Positions 38,499-47,345 of a stretch of 64,000 bases of DNA are shown piece after piece. The stretch spans positions 96,001-160,000 of the forward strand of contig JBFMAF010000043.1 in the NCBI GenBank assembly GCA_040755995.1, in the 5' to 3' direction. The stretch is from Acidobacteriota bacterium (GTDB lineage: Bacteria; Acidobacteriota; CAIWXX01). Both the position numbers and the translations under genes were made by a program. Below the pieces are notes generated by a model. That model was not told where the DNA came from. It did not search any database and saw only the letters and a list, made by a program, of their open reading frames with translations. Position 1 is the first letter of the stretch; each line of letters opens with the position of its first letter.

Positions 38499-38969
38499 AT
38501 GATCGTGAACAGCCGTGGTGACATCGAGGATTTCTGGGCGCAGAAGAGAATTGCGATCGCCGGAGTGTCGCGCGATCCGGGAGATTTCACGCGGAGGGTC
38601 TACGCTGCACTCGTGGAGCGCGGGTACGATGTCGTACCTGTGAACCCGGGCTGCTCAGAGGTCGATGGGCAGCACTGCTACGCGCGGGTCGCTGACATCC
38701 CCGCCTCCGTCGACGCCGTAGTGGTGATGACGCCTGCAGGGGTGACTAGCGAGATCCTCCAGGAGTGTGCAGCCAGATCAATCCGGCGCGTCTGGCTGCA
38801 CGGAACCGGTGGCAAGTGCAAAGTCCCGGCAGCCGGCGTCGAATCACTGAGGCGTGACGGAATGGTCGTCATCGCGGGCCTCTGCCCGTTCATGTTCATG
38901 CCACAGAGCGGCTTCTTCCATCGCTTCCACGGCTGGATCGAGAAGGTTTCGGGGCACGTTCGCCAGTAG
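38499..38969 (+). CDS. CoA-binding domain protein (YccU-like)
   Basis: IAIAGVSR, GYDVVPVNP, VWL, GLCP. Confidence 0.88.
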   Translation: MIVNSRGDIEDFWAQKRIAIAGVSRDPGDFTRRVYAALVERGYDVVPVNPGCSEVDGQHCYARVADIPASVDAVVVMTPAGVTSEILQECAARSIRRVWLHGTGGKCKVPAAGVESLRRDGMVVIAGLCPFMFMPQSGFFHRFHGWIEKVSGHVRQ

Positions 38970-38983
38970 CCGGGCGTCCGGCG

Positions 38984-39289
38984 CTACCTTCGTAGCGGCC
39001 GCGGGATCGGATACTCTTCGTTCAAACTCGCGTGACGCCGGAATCCTACGGCTTCCCGCTGCACCATCAGATACCAGCGATATCGCTCCGCCTCCTCTCG
39101 CACCTCGTTGAACGCCGCGACCAATGGCGGGCGCCCTTCCCGCGGCACGCTTTCCAGCTGTTCCCGGATCTCGTCGAGCTCTCTCAGCAGCCTCGCCAGC
39201 CGGCCGCCGATCCTGGCGAGCACGGCGGCCTTCTCGCGCAGGAGATCCTGCTCGGTTCGAGTGAATGCTTCGACGGTGTTCCGACCCAT
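38984..39289 (-). CDS. Small helical hypothetical protein
   Basis: EKAAVL.R.G, WYLMVQREAVG, YPIP conserved-looking motifs. Confidence 0.65.
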   Translation of the reverse strand: MGRNTVEAFTRTEQDLLREKAAVLARIGGRLARLLRELDEIREQLESVPREGRPPLVAAFNEVREEAERYRWYLMVQREAVGFRRHASLNEEYPIPRPLRR

Positions 39290-39321
39290 GCTCTACACCG
39301 TGCACTTCGGCTCGATTTCGC

Positions 39322-39990
39322 TCACCGGGAGCCGAGATGCTCGAACCACTGCATCCACCGGCGGAAGTGGGCGCATTCGCGCATCATGGCATCGATTCCT
39401 ACGGCGAGGGCAGCCACGTTTCCTCCCGTCACCTTGTCGTAGCCGGCGCAGACCGTCTTCAGGCGTTTCGAGGGGGCGGTTTCCTTGCCGTCATCAATGT
39501 GTTCGGGGGTCTCAGCAGACATGCGAATGGCGGCAAGCGAGGGTTCGAGGTCCGGACGGTAAAGGCCTTCTGCAAGACGCCCGGGGTCGCTGAACAGCAA
39601 TCCCTCGAACTCGTGCATCGAGAGATAAGGGTAGAACCGTGATGCGTCGAAGTCCGTACCCATTGTCTCACGAACGTCAGCCGCGACCGCTTCCTCGATT
39701 CTGGCGGCCTTGATCTCCGGTGAATTCCCCGATGGCGCGTTGTTCGACGGAAATGCGCCGAGCCCGTAGTAGTCGAAGAAACTCGTGCAGCAACAGTTGC
39801 GGTCGTGCTTGAGCGATCGCACGATATCCGGTCTTACGCGATCGTACTTGATGGCGCCTCCCCACGCCCGTCCAAAAACCTTGCCGGGGAGTATTGCAAT
39901 GAGGTGAAGGCCCGGGAACCGCCCTTGAAGAACCTCACGGACGAAAGCCTGCTCGGTTGGGCCTTCGCATACGACGTGAACGCGGGTCAT
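39322..39990 (-). CDS. DUF4276 family TOPRIM-like protein
   Basis: VVCEGPTE, FFDYYG, HEFEGLLFSD, PE.IDDG..TAPSKRL, C.HF..W. Confidence 0.85.
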   Translation of the reverse strand: MTRVHVVCEGPTEQAFVREVLQGRFPGLHLIAILPGKVFGRAWGGAIKYDRVRPDIVRSLKHDRNCCCTSFFDYYGLGAFPSNNAPSGNSPEIKAARIEEAVAADVRETMGTDFDASRFYPYLSMHEFEGLLFSDPGRLAEGLYRPDLEPSLAAIRMSAETPEHIDDGKETAPSKRLKTVCAGYDKVTGGNVAALAVGIDAMMRECAHFRRWMQWFEHLGSR

Positions 39991-41111
39991 CGCCCGGGGC
40001 CTCCTTCGAGTACGTTCTTGCGCCACAGCTCACCGGTCGAGTATTCGTCGAGCCACGTCGCGTATTCCTTCTCAGACAGGCGTCTCATCGTGGTTTCTCT
40101 GCCCGGCCGGCTCAGCACCACAATGTCGTCAAGCGAGAACTCATCTACAAACGGCACCGATTGGGTGGCGACGATTACCTGACAATGTGCCGAGACCTGA
40201 CGAATGAGGGATGCGACCAGCATGATTGCCTGAGGATGCAGCCCAAGCTCGGGCTCATCCAGCATTAGAATAGCGGGGAGCGTCGATTCCGGTTGACACA
40301 GGAGAGTCATCAGCGCGAGAAGTCTGAGCATTCCGTCCGATGCCTGTGATGCTGCGAACACCTCGTCACTCCCGCGCTCGCGCCACTGCAGGATGACGTG
40401 GCCGTTCTCCGGGATCAGGACAAACTCGGCGAAGAACGGCAGAACCTGACGCACCGAATCCTGGATGCGTCTCAAGGCCAAGCGTTCCCCTGGTCCGCCG
40501 GCGTTCAAGCGTTCCAAGAAGGCGGCGATGTTGGAGCCGTCACGGTGAAGGTATTGGGCATCAGCGCGTGGGGACTTTCGTCGCATCCCCGATGTAAACG
40601 ACGTGTCGTGGAACTGGTAGGCAACGCACTTCCGCAATAGCGAGCGCACCGTGTGGGCTAGCTGGTCGGCGCCTGAGAATGCCCTCTCCATCAGTCGGGA
40701 CTCGCGGTGACCTGCCACATGACCGCCGTCCTGCGGTTTGGTATACCCGTGCTTCAAGTATCCCCAGTTCTCATCGGTGAAGATCAGTGTGTCGTTGGCG
40801 GCGTACGATAGGCGAAACTCGTAGAAGTTCACGCCCTTGTCCGTCTGCAGTTCGATTCGGGCATGGATGCTCTCGGACACTTTTGGCCCGTCGTGCAACA
40901 GCCGACCGGCGCCCCCCGCCTCGGACACCGCGAGTTGCAGTTCTCCTCGCTCGGCCATGATCCGATAGAGAAGTGTGAAGAACGAAACCAGATTGGACTT
41001 GCCCGACCCGTTCCCGCCCACGAGCACGCTCAGCCGGCCCGGCTCGAAGCGTGGCAGATCCCGGTAAGTCTTGAACCCTCTTAACGACAACGATTTCAAC
41101 TCGACGCCCAT
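39987..41111 (-). CDS. ABC/SMC-like ATPase (AAA_21 type)
   Basis: GGNGSGKSN, YQFHDT, SDGMLR, LDEPELGLHP, ATQS, YSTGELWRKN. Confidence 0.9.
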   Translation of the reverse strand: MGVELKSLSLRGFKTYRDLPRFEPGRLSVLVGGNGSGKSNLVSFFTLLYRIMAERGELQLAVSEAGGAGRLLHDGPKVSESIHARIELQTDKGVNFYEFRLSYAANDTLIFTDENWGYLKHGYTKPQDGGHVAGHRESRLMERAFSGADQLAHTVRSLLRKCVAYQFHDTSFTSGMRRKSPRADAQYLHRDGSNIAAFLERLNAGGPGERLALRRIQDSVRQVLPFFAEFVLIPENGHVILQWRERGSDEVFAASQASDGMLRLLALMTLLCQPESTLPAILMLDEPELGLHPQAIMLVASLIRQVSAHCQVIVATQSVPFVDEFSLDDIVVLSRPGRETTMRRLSEKEYATWLDEYSTGELWRKNVLEGGPGR

Positions 41112-41313
41112 GCTTGGTCTCCTGATTCGCCAGTTCTCGCAAGCATTCTAGCACGTCGAGCGCGCCAGCGTGCGCCCTGCACGAGGAGCGGCTGGTTGAT
41201 TGACTGCCTCTTGGCGCGCGTTCTAGAATCCCGGCTGTGAAGCTACCTGGGACATGAATAGCCTATGTGTGCGCCAGAGCGGCCGCACTTGAATCACAGC
41301 AGGGAGGAACATC

Positions 41314-42585
41314 ATGTATGGCTGGAAACCACCGAAGAGGGCACTCGCAGCTGAAGAACGCCTGTCGAAGCTCATCGTGACGCCACCGGGCCGTGTGGGT
41401 CGATCGGTGCGAGGCGCCGTGGATCGACAGGACGCCGTCGACCAGTCACGATCGGCTGGGCTGGATCCGGATCTGCTCGATAGACACGAAGCTCGAGTCA
41501 CGCACACCCACCGCCGGATCAACGCGGTGGTAGTGGAGGTCTCCGAGCGAAAGCGAACGGCGCTCGAGCGCGCGCTGCGCAAACAGGGGTGCCAGGTGGA
41601 ACGATCGGCGCCCGTCGCGCCCATGTTGGACCAGAGCATCCCGCAGATGTGCGTGGATGCAGCGTGGCAGCTCGGAGTGACAGGGAAGGACGTCTCCATT
41701 GGCGTTGCCGATACCGGTGTGGACGCCTCCCATCCGGATCTCAAAGACCGGCTGCTGGCCTACGAAGACTTCACGCAGACAGATCGCGTAGACGCTGTTG
41801 GGCACGGCACCCACGTGTGCGGGATCATCGCGGGCGCGGGCTCACACTACCGGGGCGTCGCACCCGCCGCCTCGCTGGTCGTGGCCAAGGTGCTGACCGA
41901 GAACGGAGGCGACACGGCCGGCGTGATCGCCGGCCTCTCCTGGCTCTCGCAGCAAGGGGTCCGCGCAATCAACGTCAGCCTGGGTGGCAGCGGCAACCCG
42001 AATGACGCGCTGAGCCGGGAGTGCGAGGCGCTCGTCGCAGACGGAATCGTCGTGTGCGTGGCCGCCGGCAACGAGGGACCTTCTTCTCACACAATCAGCT
42101 CACCGGGCTGCGCGCCTTCCGTGATCACGGTCGGCGCGGTCGACAAGAACGACACGCTGGCGCGCTATTCCTCACGAGGCCCGGTCAGGATCGGCCGCAA
42201 GACGATTGTGAAGCCGGACGTGGTGGCAGTCGGAGGGGGCGTTGCGTTTCGCGACCAGTGCCTCTATACGACCGGGATCGTATCTGCGAAGAGCCGCAAG
42301 ATGGACAAGACGCCGTGCGACGTGGCATTCGGCCGATCCTCGCGCCGCTATGTTCGCATGAGCGGTACGTCGATGGCCACACCTCACGTCACGGGTGTCG
42401 TCGCACTACTGATCGAATCGGCGCGCCAGCAGGGCACTCCGTGCGATCCCGCTGCGATCAGAGACATCCTTCGCGGAAGCTGCAAGAAGCTCAAGTACAG
42501 AGCGAACGAGCAGGGTGCAGGTCGCGTCGACGCCGCCTCCGCCGTCGATCTCACTCTCAAGCGAGCCGCCCCCGCCTGCGCGTAG
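41314..42585 (+). CDS. S8 subtilisin-family serine peptidase
   Basis: DTG, HGTHV.G, AAGN, SGTSMATPHV; GGGAGG RBS; TTGACT-N18-TAGAAT upstream. Confidence 0.93.
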   Translation: MYGWKPPKRALAAEERLSKLIVTPPGRVGRSVRGAVDRQDAVDQSRSAGLDPDLLDRHEARVTHTHRRINAVVVEVSERKRTALERALRKQGCQVERSAPVAPMLDQSIPQMCVDAAWQLGVTGKDVSIGVADTGVDASHPDLKDRLLAYEDFTQTDRVDAVGHGTHVCGIIAGAGSHYRGVAPAASLVVAKVLTENGGDTAGVIAGLSWLSQQGVRAINVSLGGSGNPNDALSRECEALVADGIVVCVAAGNEGPSSHTISSPGCAPSVITVGAVDKNDTLARYSSRGPVRIGRKTIVKPDVVAVGGGVAFRDQCLYTTGIVSAKSRKMDKTPCDVAFGRSSRRYVRMSGTSMATPHVTGVVALLIESARQQGTPCDPAAIRDILRGSCKKLKYRANEQGAGRVDAASAVDLTLKRAAPACA

Positions 42586-42753
42586 ACCCGGCCCGGCAAA
42601 GGAGACGGGGGCGGTGCCATGACGACCGCGCCGGCCGGAGACGACAGCGGCGCCCGCCGTTCACCCGCTGGCTGACCACATGCCGCCAGCGGTTACGCAC
42701 GGGTTGGCCACGCGCCTGCCGCGACACGGCATTCCCCGTGGACCTACCGGCAA

Positions 42754-42776
42754 GGGCGGGCGCCGCCCGCCCCTAC
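42754..42776 (-). repeat. GTAG-type REP-like palindrome
   Basis: Minus strand reads GTAG-GGGCGGGC-GGC-GCCCGCCC; lies between convergent genes. Confidence 0.5.
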
Positions 42777-42816
42777 GACGACGTGTGGTGTGGGGCATTC
42801 GCTGATGATACGTACG

Positions 42817-43155
42817 CTATTCAGTCTTGTTGTCCTTCGTTAGGGTTACGCTGAGGGTGCCGCACAGGTCGACGTCTTCGATCATGTAGACGTTCTCATC
42901 CTTGTCGTTGGCCATGAGATCCCACACGCAATCATCGTAGCCCGCGAAGGTGATGGAGACGCTGTCGCCGTCTTCCAGCACGTCGACGCCCAGAATGTCT
43001 TCGCCCCAGTCCTTGCCGTCAGTCGGCTTCAGGAAGAGGTTGACGATCGGCTGACCGGTGTTGTTGACGAAAGTGAAGTCCTGGGTGTCGGCCTGGGCCA
43101 GGAACGCCAGCCCGATGAGGAATCCGAGAGCGAATGCTAACCCTTTTCGATTCAT
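42817..43155 (-). CDS. Small secreted acidic protein (DFT.VN.TG family)
   Basis: AAGGAG RBS; signal peptide; QDFTFVNNTG, WGEDILG, CVWDL, VDLC. Confidence 0.8.
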   Translation of the reverse strand: MNRKGLAFALGFLIGLAFLAQADTQDFTFVNNTGQPIVNLFLKPTDGKDWGEDILGVDVLEDGDSVSITFAGYDDCVWDLMANDKDENVYMIEDVDLCGTLSVTLTKDNKTE

Positions 43156-43377
43156 CGTGGTTCTCCTTCGGCCGGTATCTTACACCAGATTCCGTCGCTG
43201 GGGCGCGCCGCGGTCGTACGCCCCACGTGCCTCGCGGGGCCGGCACAGGACCAAGGAAGCGGAGGCAGTATTGATCGAGTTCTTGTGGCGGTCTATTAGC
43301 CTATTCCCGGCCTGGGGCTGGCCGCAAATGGTAATCTCCTACTAGTTCGTTGGGAACGATGGAGATAATGATCATAC

Positions 43378-43406
43378 TTGACAAGAGCAGGTCCACCGCA
43401 TATTCT
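43378..43406 (+). promoter_or_regulatory. sigma70 promoter of the mtrAB cluster
   Basis: TTGACA-N17-TATTCT. Confidence 0.65.
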
Positions 43407-43825
43407 TGCCTGCGGACCCAGGGCAGTGGGACCAGAGGACGCACAGCAGCTGAGTTGCAACATTCGTTTGTCGGCGCGCGAGTAGCAGGTCATTTTTCCC
43501 GCCGGTTCGGCAATTATCCTTGCCCATCAGGGTTGTCTATCTGCGATCGCACAGGAGGATACGCATGCACGGTGCTGAGGTCGGCCAGGCGCGGTCGCGG
43601 TGAATGCCTGTCAGCCCTCTATCTCGAGCCGTCTGTGTTGTGTCGAGCCGTCTGTGTGTTGAAGAGAGGTGGTATCGGTGATGAGCGCCGGTGAGGGTCT
43701 GGGATCCAGGTGGAGCCGCTCGCGCCGGCGCCCGGTGATTTCCGAAAGACGTGCGGGTTTTCCGCGTCTCTGTTGTTCGGGTTTCCCAGTCGACCTGACT
43801 TTCAACATACACTGGAGGAGATCGC

Positions 43826-44740
43826 ATGACGGTAACCAAGCAACGGCCCTTTCTGATGGCGCTGCTTTTCCTTGCGGCAGCGTGCCTCCTATGGGCGGCA
43901 TTGCTGCAGGCCAGGGAGGGCGGCCCGCCTGAAGGCACTCCGTACGCGGGTTCCGAGAACTGCGCGGCGTGCCACGAAGATCTGGTCGTGAGCCTGAAGG
44001 CGACGCCGCACGGGCAGAAGGCGTTCGAGCTGCGGTCTGCCCAAGGCTGCGAAGCGTGCCACGGCCCGGGGACGGCTCACATCGACAAGGAGGGCGACAA
44101 GTCGCTCATCCGAAGCTTCAAGACGATGCCGTCAGCCGAGGCATCGCAGACCTGCCTGCAGTGCCACGAGCGCGGAAGCCACGTGCTGTGGGTCGGCAGC
44201 ACGCACGAGCAGCGGAACGTTGGATGCACCGAGTGTCATTCCGTGCACCATCCGGTCTCTGAGAAGAGCCAGCTCAAGGCTGCACGGGAAGTGGCTCTCT
44301 GCTCCAAGTGCCACCCCAACATCCAGGCACAGACAATGCGGACGTCGCACCACCCGGTTCGCGAGGGGCTCATCACCTGCTCCGACTGCCACAGCCCGCA
44401 CGGCAGCGACGGCCCGAAGCTGATCGCGGCCGAAACCATCAACGAGAAGTGCTATCAGTGCCATGCGGAGAAGCGCGGGCCGTACCTCTGGGACCACCCG
44501 CCCGTCCGCGAGAACTGCATGAATTGCCATACGCCTCACGGGTCGAATTTTGAGAAACTACTGAACGCGAAGCGGCCTTACCTCTGCCAGCGCTGTCATC
44601 TCGACACCAGGCACCCGGGCACTCTGTACGATGCGGCGAATCTTCCTACAAGTGACAGGATCCTCAACCGATCCTGCTCCGACTGCCACATGAACATCCA
44701 TGGGTCGAACCATCCGTCCGGATGGACCTTCCTGCGATAG
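43826..44740 (+). CDS. mtrA: Periplasmic decaheme c-type cytochrome, MtrA/DmsE/PioA family
   Basis: Signal peptide; 10 CxxCH motifs counted; AEKRGP...HPPV.ENC and IHGSNHPSG signature. Confidence 0.95.
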   Translation: MTVTKQRPFLMALLFLAAACLLWAALLQAREGGPPEGTPYAGSENCAACHEDLVVSLKATPHGQKAFELRSAQGCEACHGPGTAHIDKEGDKSLIRSFKTMPSAEASQTCLQCHERGSHVLWVGSTHEQRNVGCTECHSVHHPVSEKSQLKAAREVALCSKCHPNIQAQTMRTSHHPVREGLITCSDCHSPHGSDGPKLIAAETINEKCYQCHAEKRGPYLWDHPPVRENCMNCHTPHGSNFEKLLNAKRPYLCQRCHLDTRHPGTLYDAANLPTSDRILNRSCSDCHMNIHGSNHPSGWTFLR

Positions 44741-44750
44741 GAGTGGGCAC

Positions 44751-46970
44751 ATGAACACGAGCACATTTTCAAGAATGATTCTCGCGCTGGTCGTGGCCGT
44801 TCTCGCACTGCCTGCTTTCGCGGAGGAAGAGGACGGTGTGGTCACCGACGTCTTCGTGGACTCGACAGTCGGGGTGAAAGATATCACCGAAGATTCTTCC
44901 AAGGCCGAAGAGTATGGCGAAATCCCTGAAGGGTTCTACGTGCGGAAGCTTAGAGCCTCGTTCGGCTGGGAGAGCTCGGGCCGAAGTCTCGAGTTCACCG
45001 GGGACAACGTGGGCCTGAACTTCGGCCACTACACTCTCGACTACGGCAAGTCGGGCCTCTACAACCTCTCCGTGGACTATCGCAAGATCCCCCATCTCTT
45101 CTCGAAAGATGGGATCACCATGTGGAGCGAGCTGGAGCCCGGGCGGTGGCGCGTAGCGGACAGCATACAGAAGGCTATCCAGGACCTGAATCCGTACGAC
45201 CCGGCCGACCCGCTCTACGCAGGCGCTCTGCAGCGCCAGCGGGCGTTCATATCGAGCATGATCAACACGGGCCACGATCAGTCGCTGGAGCTCATGCGTG
45301 ATCGAGGGTCGATTGGTCTCGACGTTACTCCGAGCGCTGCCTGGACGTACGGATTCGAGTATTTCAGGGAGAATCGCAAGGGCTACCGGCCCCTCGGCAC
45401 GGCCTTCGGCTTCAGCTGGGTGACGGAGCTGCCCGAGCACCTCGACAACAACACTCAGAACATGCGCGCCGATGTCCAGTATGCGAAGAATGGGACGACC
45501 TTGGAGGCTGCCTACAATGTGTCGCTCTTCCGGAACGATCTGGATAGCATAGTCTGGGACAATCCGTACAGATACGACGATCGCACCTACTCGGCCGCCT
45601 ATAGCAACGGTGACGGCACCTCCACTGGGCGCGCCGCGCTGCCGCCCGACAACGCAGCTCACACGCTCAGCTTCTCGGCCGGGAAGAAACTCGGGAGCCG
45701 GTCCAGACTCAACGGGTCGTTCTCGTACGGGATCTGGAAGGACGACGTGACGCTGCTCCCGTTCACGATCAACACGTCGATCGAGACTCCCGATCTCCCA
45801 GCCTCCACCTTCAAGGGGGATCTCCGGAACATATCGGCCAATGTCAACTTCAACACGCGATTCGGCTCCGGCGGTTCCTTCACCGCGAAGTACCGGCTCT
45901 ATGACCAGTCGAACAAGAGCTCGCAGTACACGTGGACGGAGTATGTCCGGTTCGACCAGGTCATCGAAGAGTTCCCGGAGGAAGAGGAAGGGGGATTCGA
46001 GAACGAGTTGCGCGCGTTCAGGACGCAGGACATCGACCTGGACGTCGGGTGGGAGCTGACCGACAGGCTGAACTTGCACGCGGCCTACAAGTTCAACCGT
46101 ATGGGTCGCGAGCACCGCGACGTGGCGAAGGCGGACACCAACTCGTTCAAGACGAGCCTGGACGCCAAGGCCGCGGACTGGGCGACAATCCGCTTCTCCT
46201 ATGAGTACGCCAGGAGGCGGTTTGACGAGTATGAGCTCGAAGGCACGTACAAGGTGGTACATCTGTACCGCTTCGATGAGGCCAATCTGAACAGGAACCT
46301 TGTCCGCCTGCTTGCCCAGCTTTCTCCCAATGAGAAGCTGAGTTTCGGGGCCGATGCCAGCTACGGAAACGACGACTATCTCGCCACGGAATTCGGCCTG
46401 CAGAAGGCCGAACGCTTCAACGCCGGCGTCGACATGAGCTACAGCTTCGCCGAGAACGCTCTGCTCAACCTCTGGTATGACCACACCGACATCGACATGG
46501 ATCAGAAAGGCCGCCAGAGCGGGAGCACGCCGTCGACCGACCCGAGGAACGACTGGACAGCGGGCATATCCGACAAGTTCGACACAGTCGGAGCTGGGTT
46601 TGTCACCGACTTGAAGAAGGACGTCGTCAAATGGGACATCAATCTGAGGTACGCGGCGGCTGATGGAAAAGTCGACCTGTTCAGCCCTCCAGGCGGCACG
46701 CCGGACGTTGCGAAAAGCATCCCGAACGCCGGGATCACAGACCTTCTCTCGGCCAAGACCAGCTTCGCGTTTGCTCTCTTCAAGACCGCCAAGCTCGGCC
46801 TCGGCTATGGATTCGAGAAGTACACCATCGACGACTACCAGGAAAACCTCATCAGGGCCGACCTCCTGGCCAACGTGGGCACGGTCAGCCCGGGCATGAC
46901 CACGCTGAATGCGATCCAGCCGGACTACCAGTATCAAATGGGCTGGGTCACATTGTCGTACCTGTGGTGA
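44751..46970 (+). CDS. mtrB: MtrB/PioB family outer-membrane beta-barrel
   Basis: Signal peptide; LPE..D..T, WDNP, LPPDN.AH, QPDY and a terminal aromatic residue; directly after mtrA. Confidence 0.92.
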   Translation: MNTSTFSRMILALVVAVLALPAFAEEEDGVVTDVFVDSTVGVKDITEDSSKAEEYGEIPEGFYVRKLRASFGWESSGRSLEFTGDNVGLNFGHYTLDYGKSGLYNLSVDYRKIPHLFSKDGITMWSELEPGRWRVADSIQKAIQDLNPYDPADPLYAGALQRQRAFISSMINTGHDQSLELMRDRGSIGLDVTPSAAWTYGFEYFRENRKGYRPLGTAFGFSWVTELPEHLDNNTQNMRADVQYAKNGTTLEAAYNVSLFRNDLDSIVWDNPYRYDDRTYSAAYSNGDGTSTGRAALPPDNAAHTLSFSAGKKLGSRSRLNGSFSYGIWKDDVTLLPFTINTSIETPDLPASTFKGDLRNISANVNFNTRFGSGGSFTAKYRLYDQSNKSSQYTWTEYVRFDQVIEEFPEEEEGGFENELRAFRTQDIDLDVGWELTDRLNLHAAYKFNRMGREHRDVAKADTNSFKTSLDAKAADWATIRFSYEYARRRFDEYELEGTYKVVHLYRFDEANLNRNLVRLLAQLSPNEKLSFGADASYGNDDYLATEFGLQKAERFNAGVDMSYSFAENALLNLWYDHTDIDMDQKGRQSGSTPSTDPRNDWTAGISDKFDTVGAGFVTDLKKDVVKWDINLRYAAADGKVDLFSPPGGTPDVAKSIPNAGITDLLSAKTSFAFALFKTAKLGLGYGFEKYTIDDYQENLIRADLLANVGTVSPGMTTLNAIQPDYQYQMGWVTLSYLW

Positions 46971-47025
46971 GAGCGAGGCGGCAGGCAGGTAGACATGGAA
47001 ACAGTCCCGACGTGACCTCGTGACC

Positions 47026-47070
47026 GGGGGCACGCAACGCAGGTCTGTCTTGGGCGTGCTGCGTGCTCCC
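47026..47070 (+). terminator. GC hairpin after mtrB (terminator or mRNA stabiliser)
   Basis: GGGGCACGCA ... TGCGTGCTCC stem; no U-tract. Confidence 0.4.
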
Positions 47071-47345
47071 GGCGCCGGGTATCTGGTGACGGGCAGCCTT
47101 GCCGGACAGCGAAAACAACAACGAATGGGGCTTGACATTGCTATGGACGACCGATATTTATCGTCGCCGGGCAGTAAGTGATGGATCGCAGAGCATCGAG
47201 TTTGACGGCATTCTCTGTTCTCGTGAATTGCTCGTTGCGACGCTGTGCGACCGGACAATCTTGCGTTGAAGGGAAGCCTATTCTCGCCAGGATCACTGGG
47301 CAGTGGGCCTGGCTGTAAATAGCCGCAGAAATGGAGGGACTATTG

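Noticed and set aside
39987..42585. IetAS-type AAA + S8 toxin-antitoxin system
   Set aside because: The ATPase is ABC-type rather than classic AAA+, is divergently transcribed, and is coupled to DUF4276 instead.
43420..43460. c-di-GMP-I/GEMM riboswitch (GGGCA...GGACGCACAGC)
   Set aside because: Lacks the GCAAA start, the GAAA-capped stem and the receptor hairpin; an Infernal search would settle it.
43507..43524. Sigma54 promoter GGCA...TTGC
   Set aside because: GG-to-GC spacing is 11 nt rather than the required 10.
47132..47160. Promoter before the cytochrome-porin gene
   Set aside because: Perfect TTGACA but a poor -10 (TATTTA); plausible yet not well supported.
44769..47258. 829-aa minus-strand ORF (and other long antisense ORFs)
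   Set aside because: Antisense shadows of real genes, expected at high GC3.
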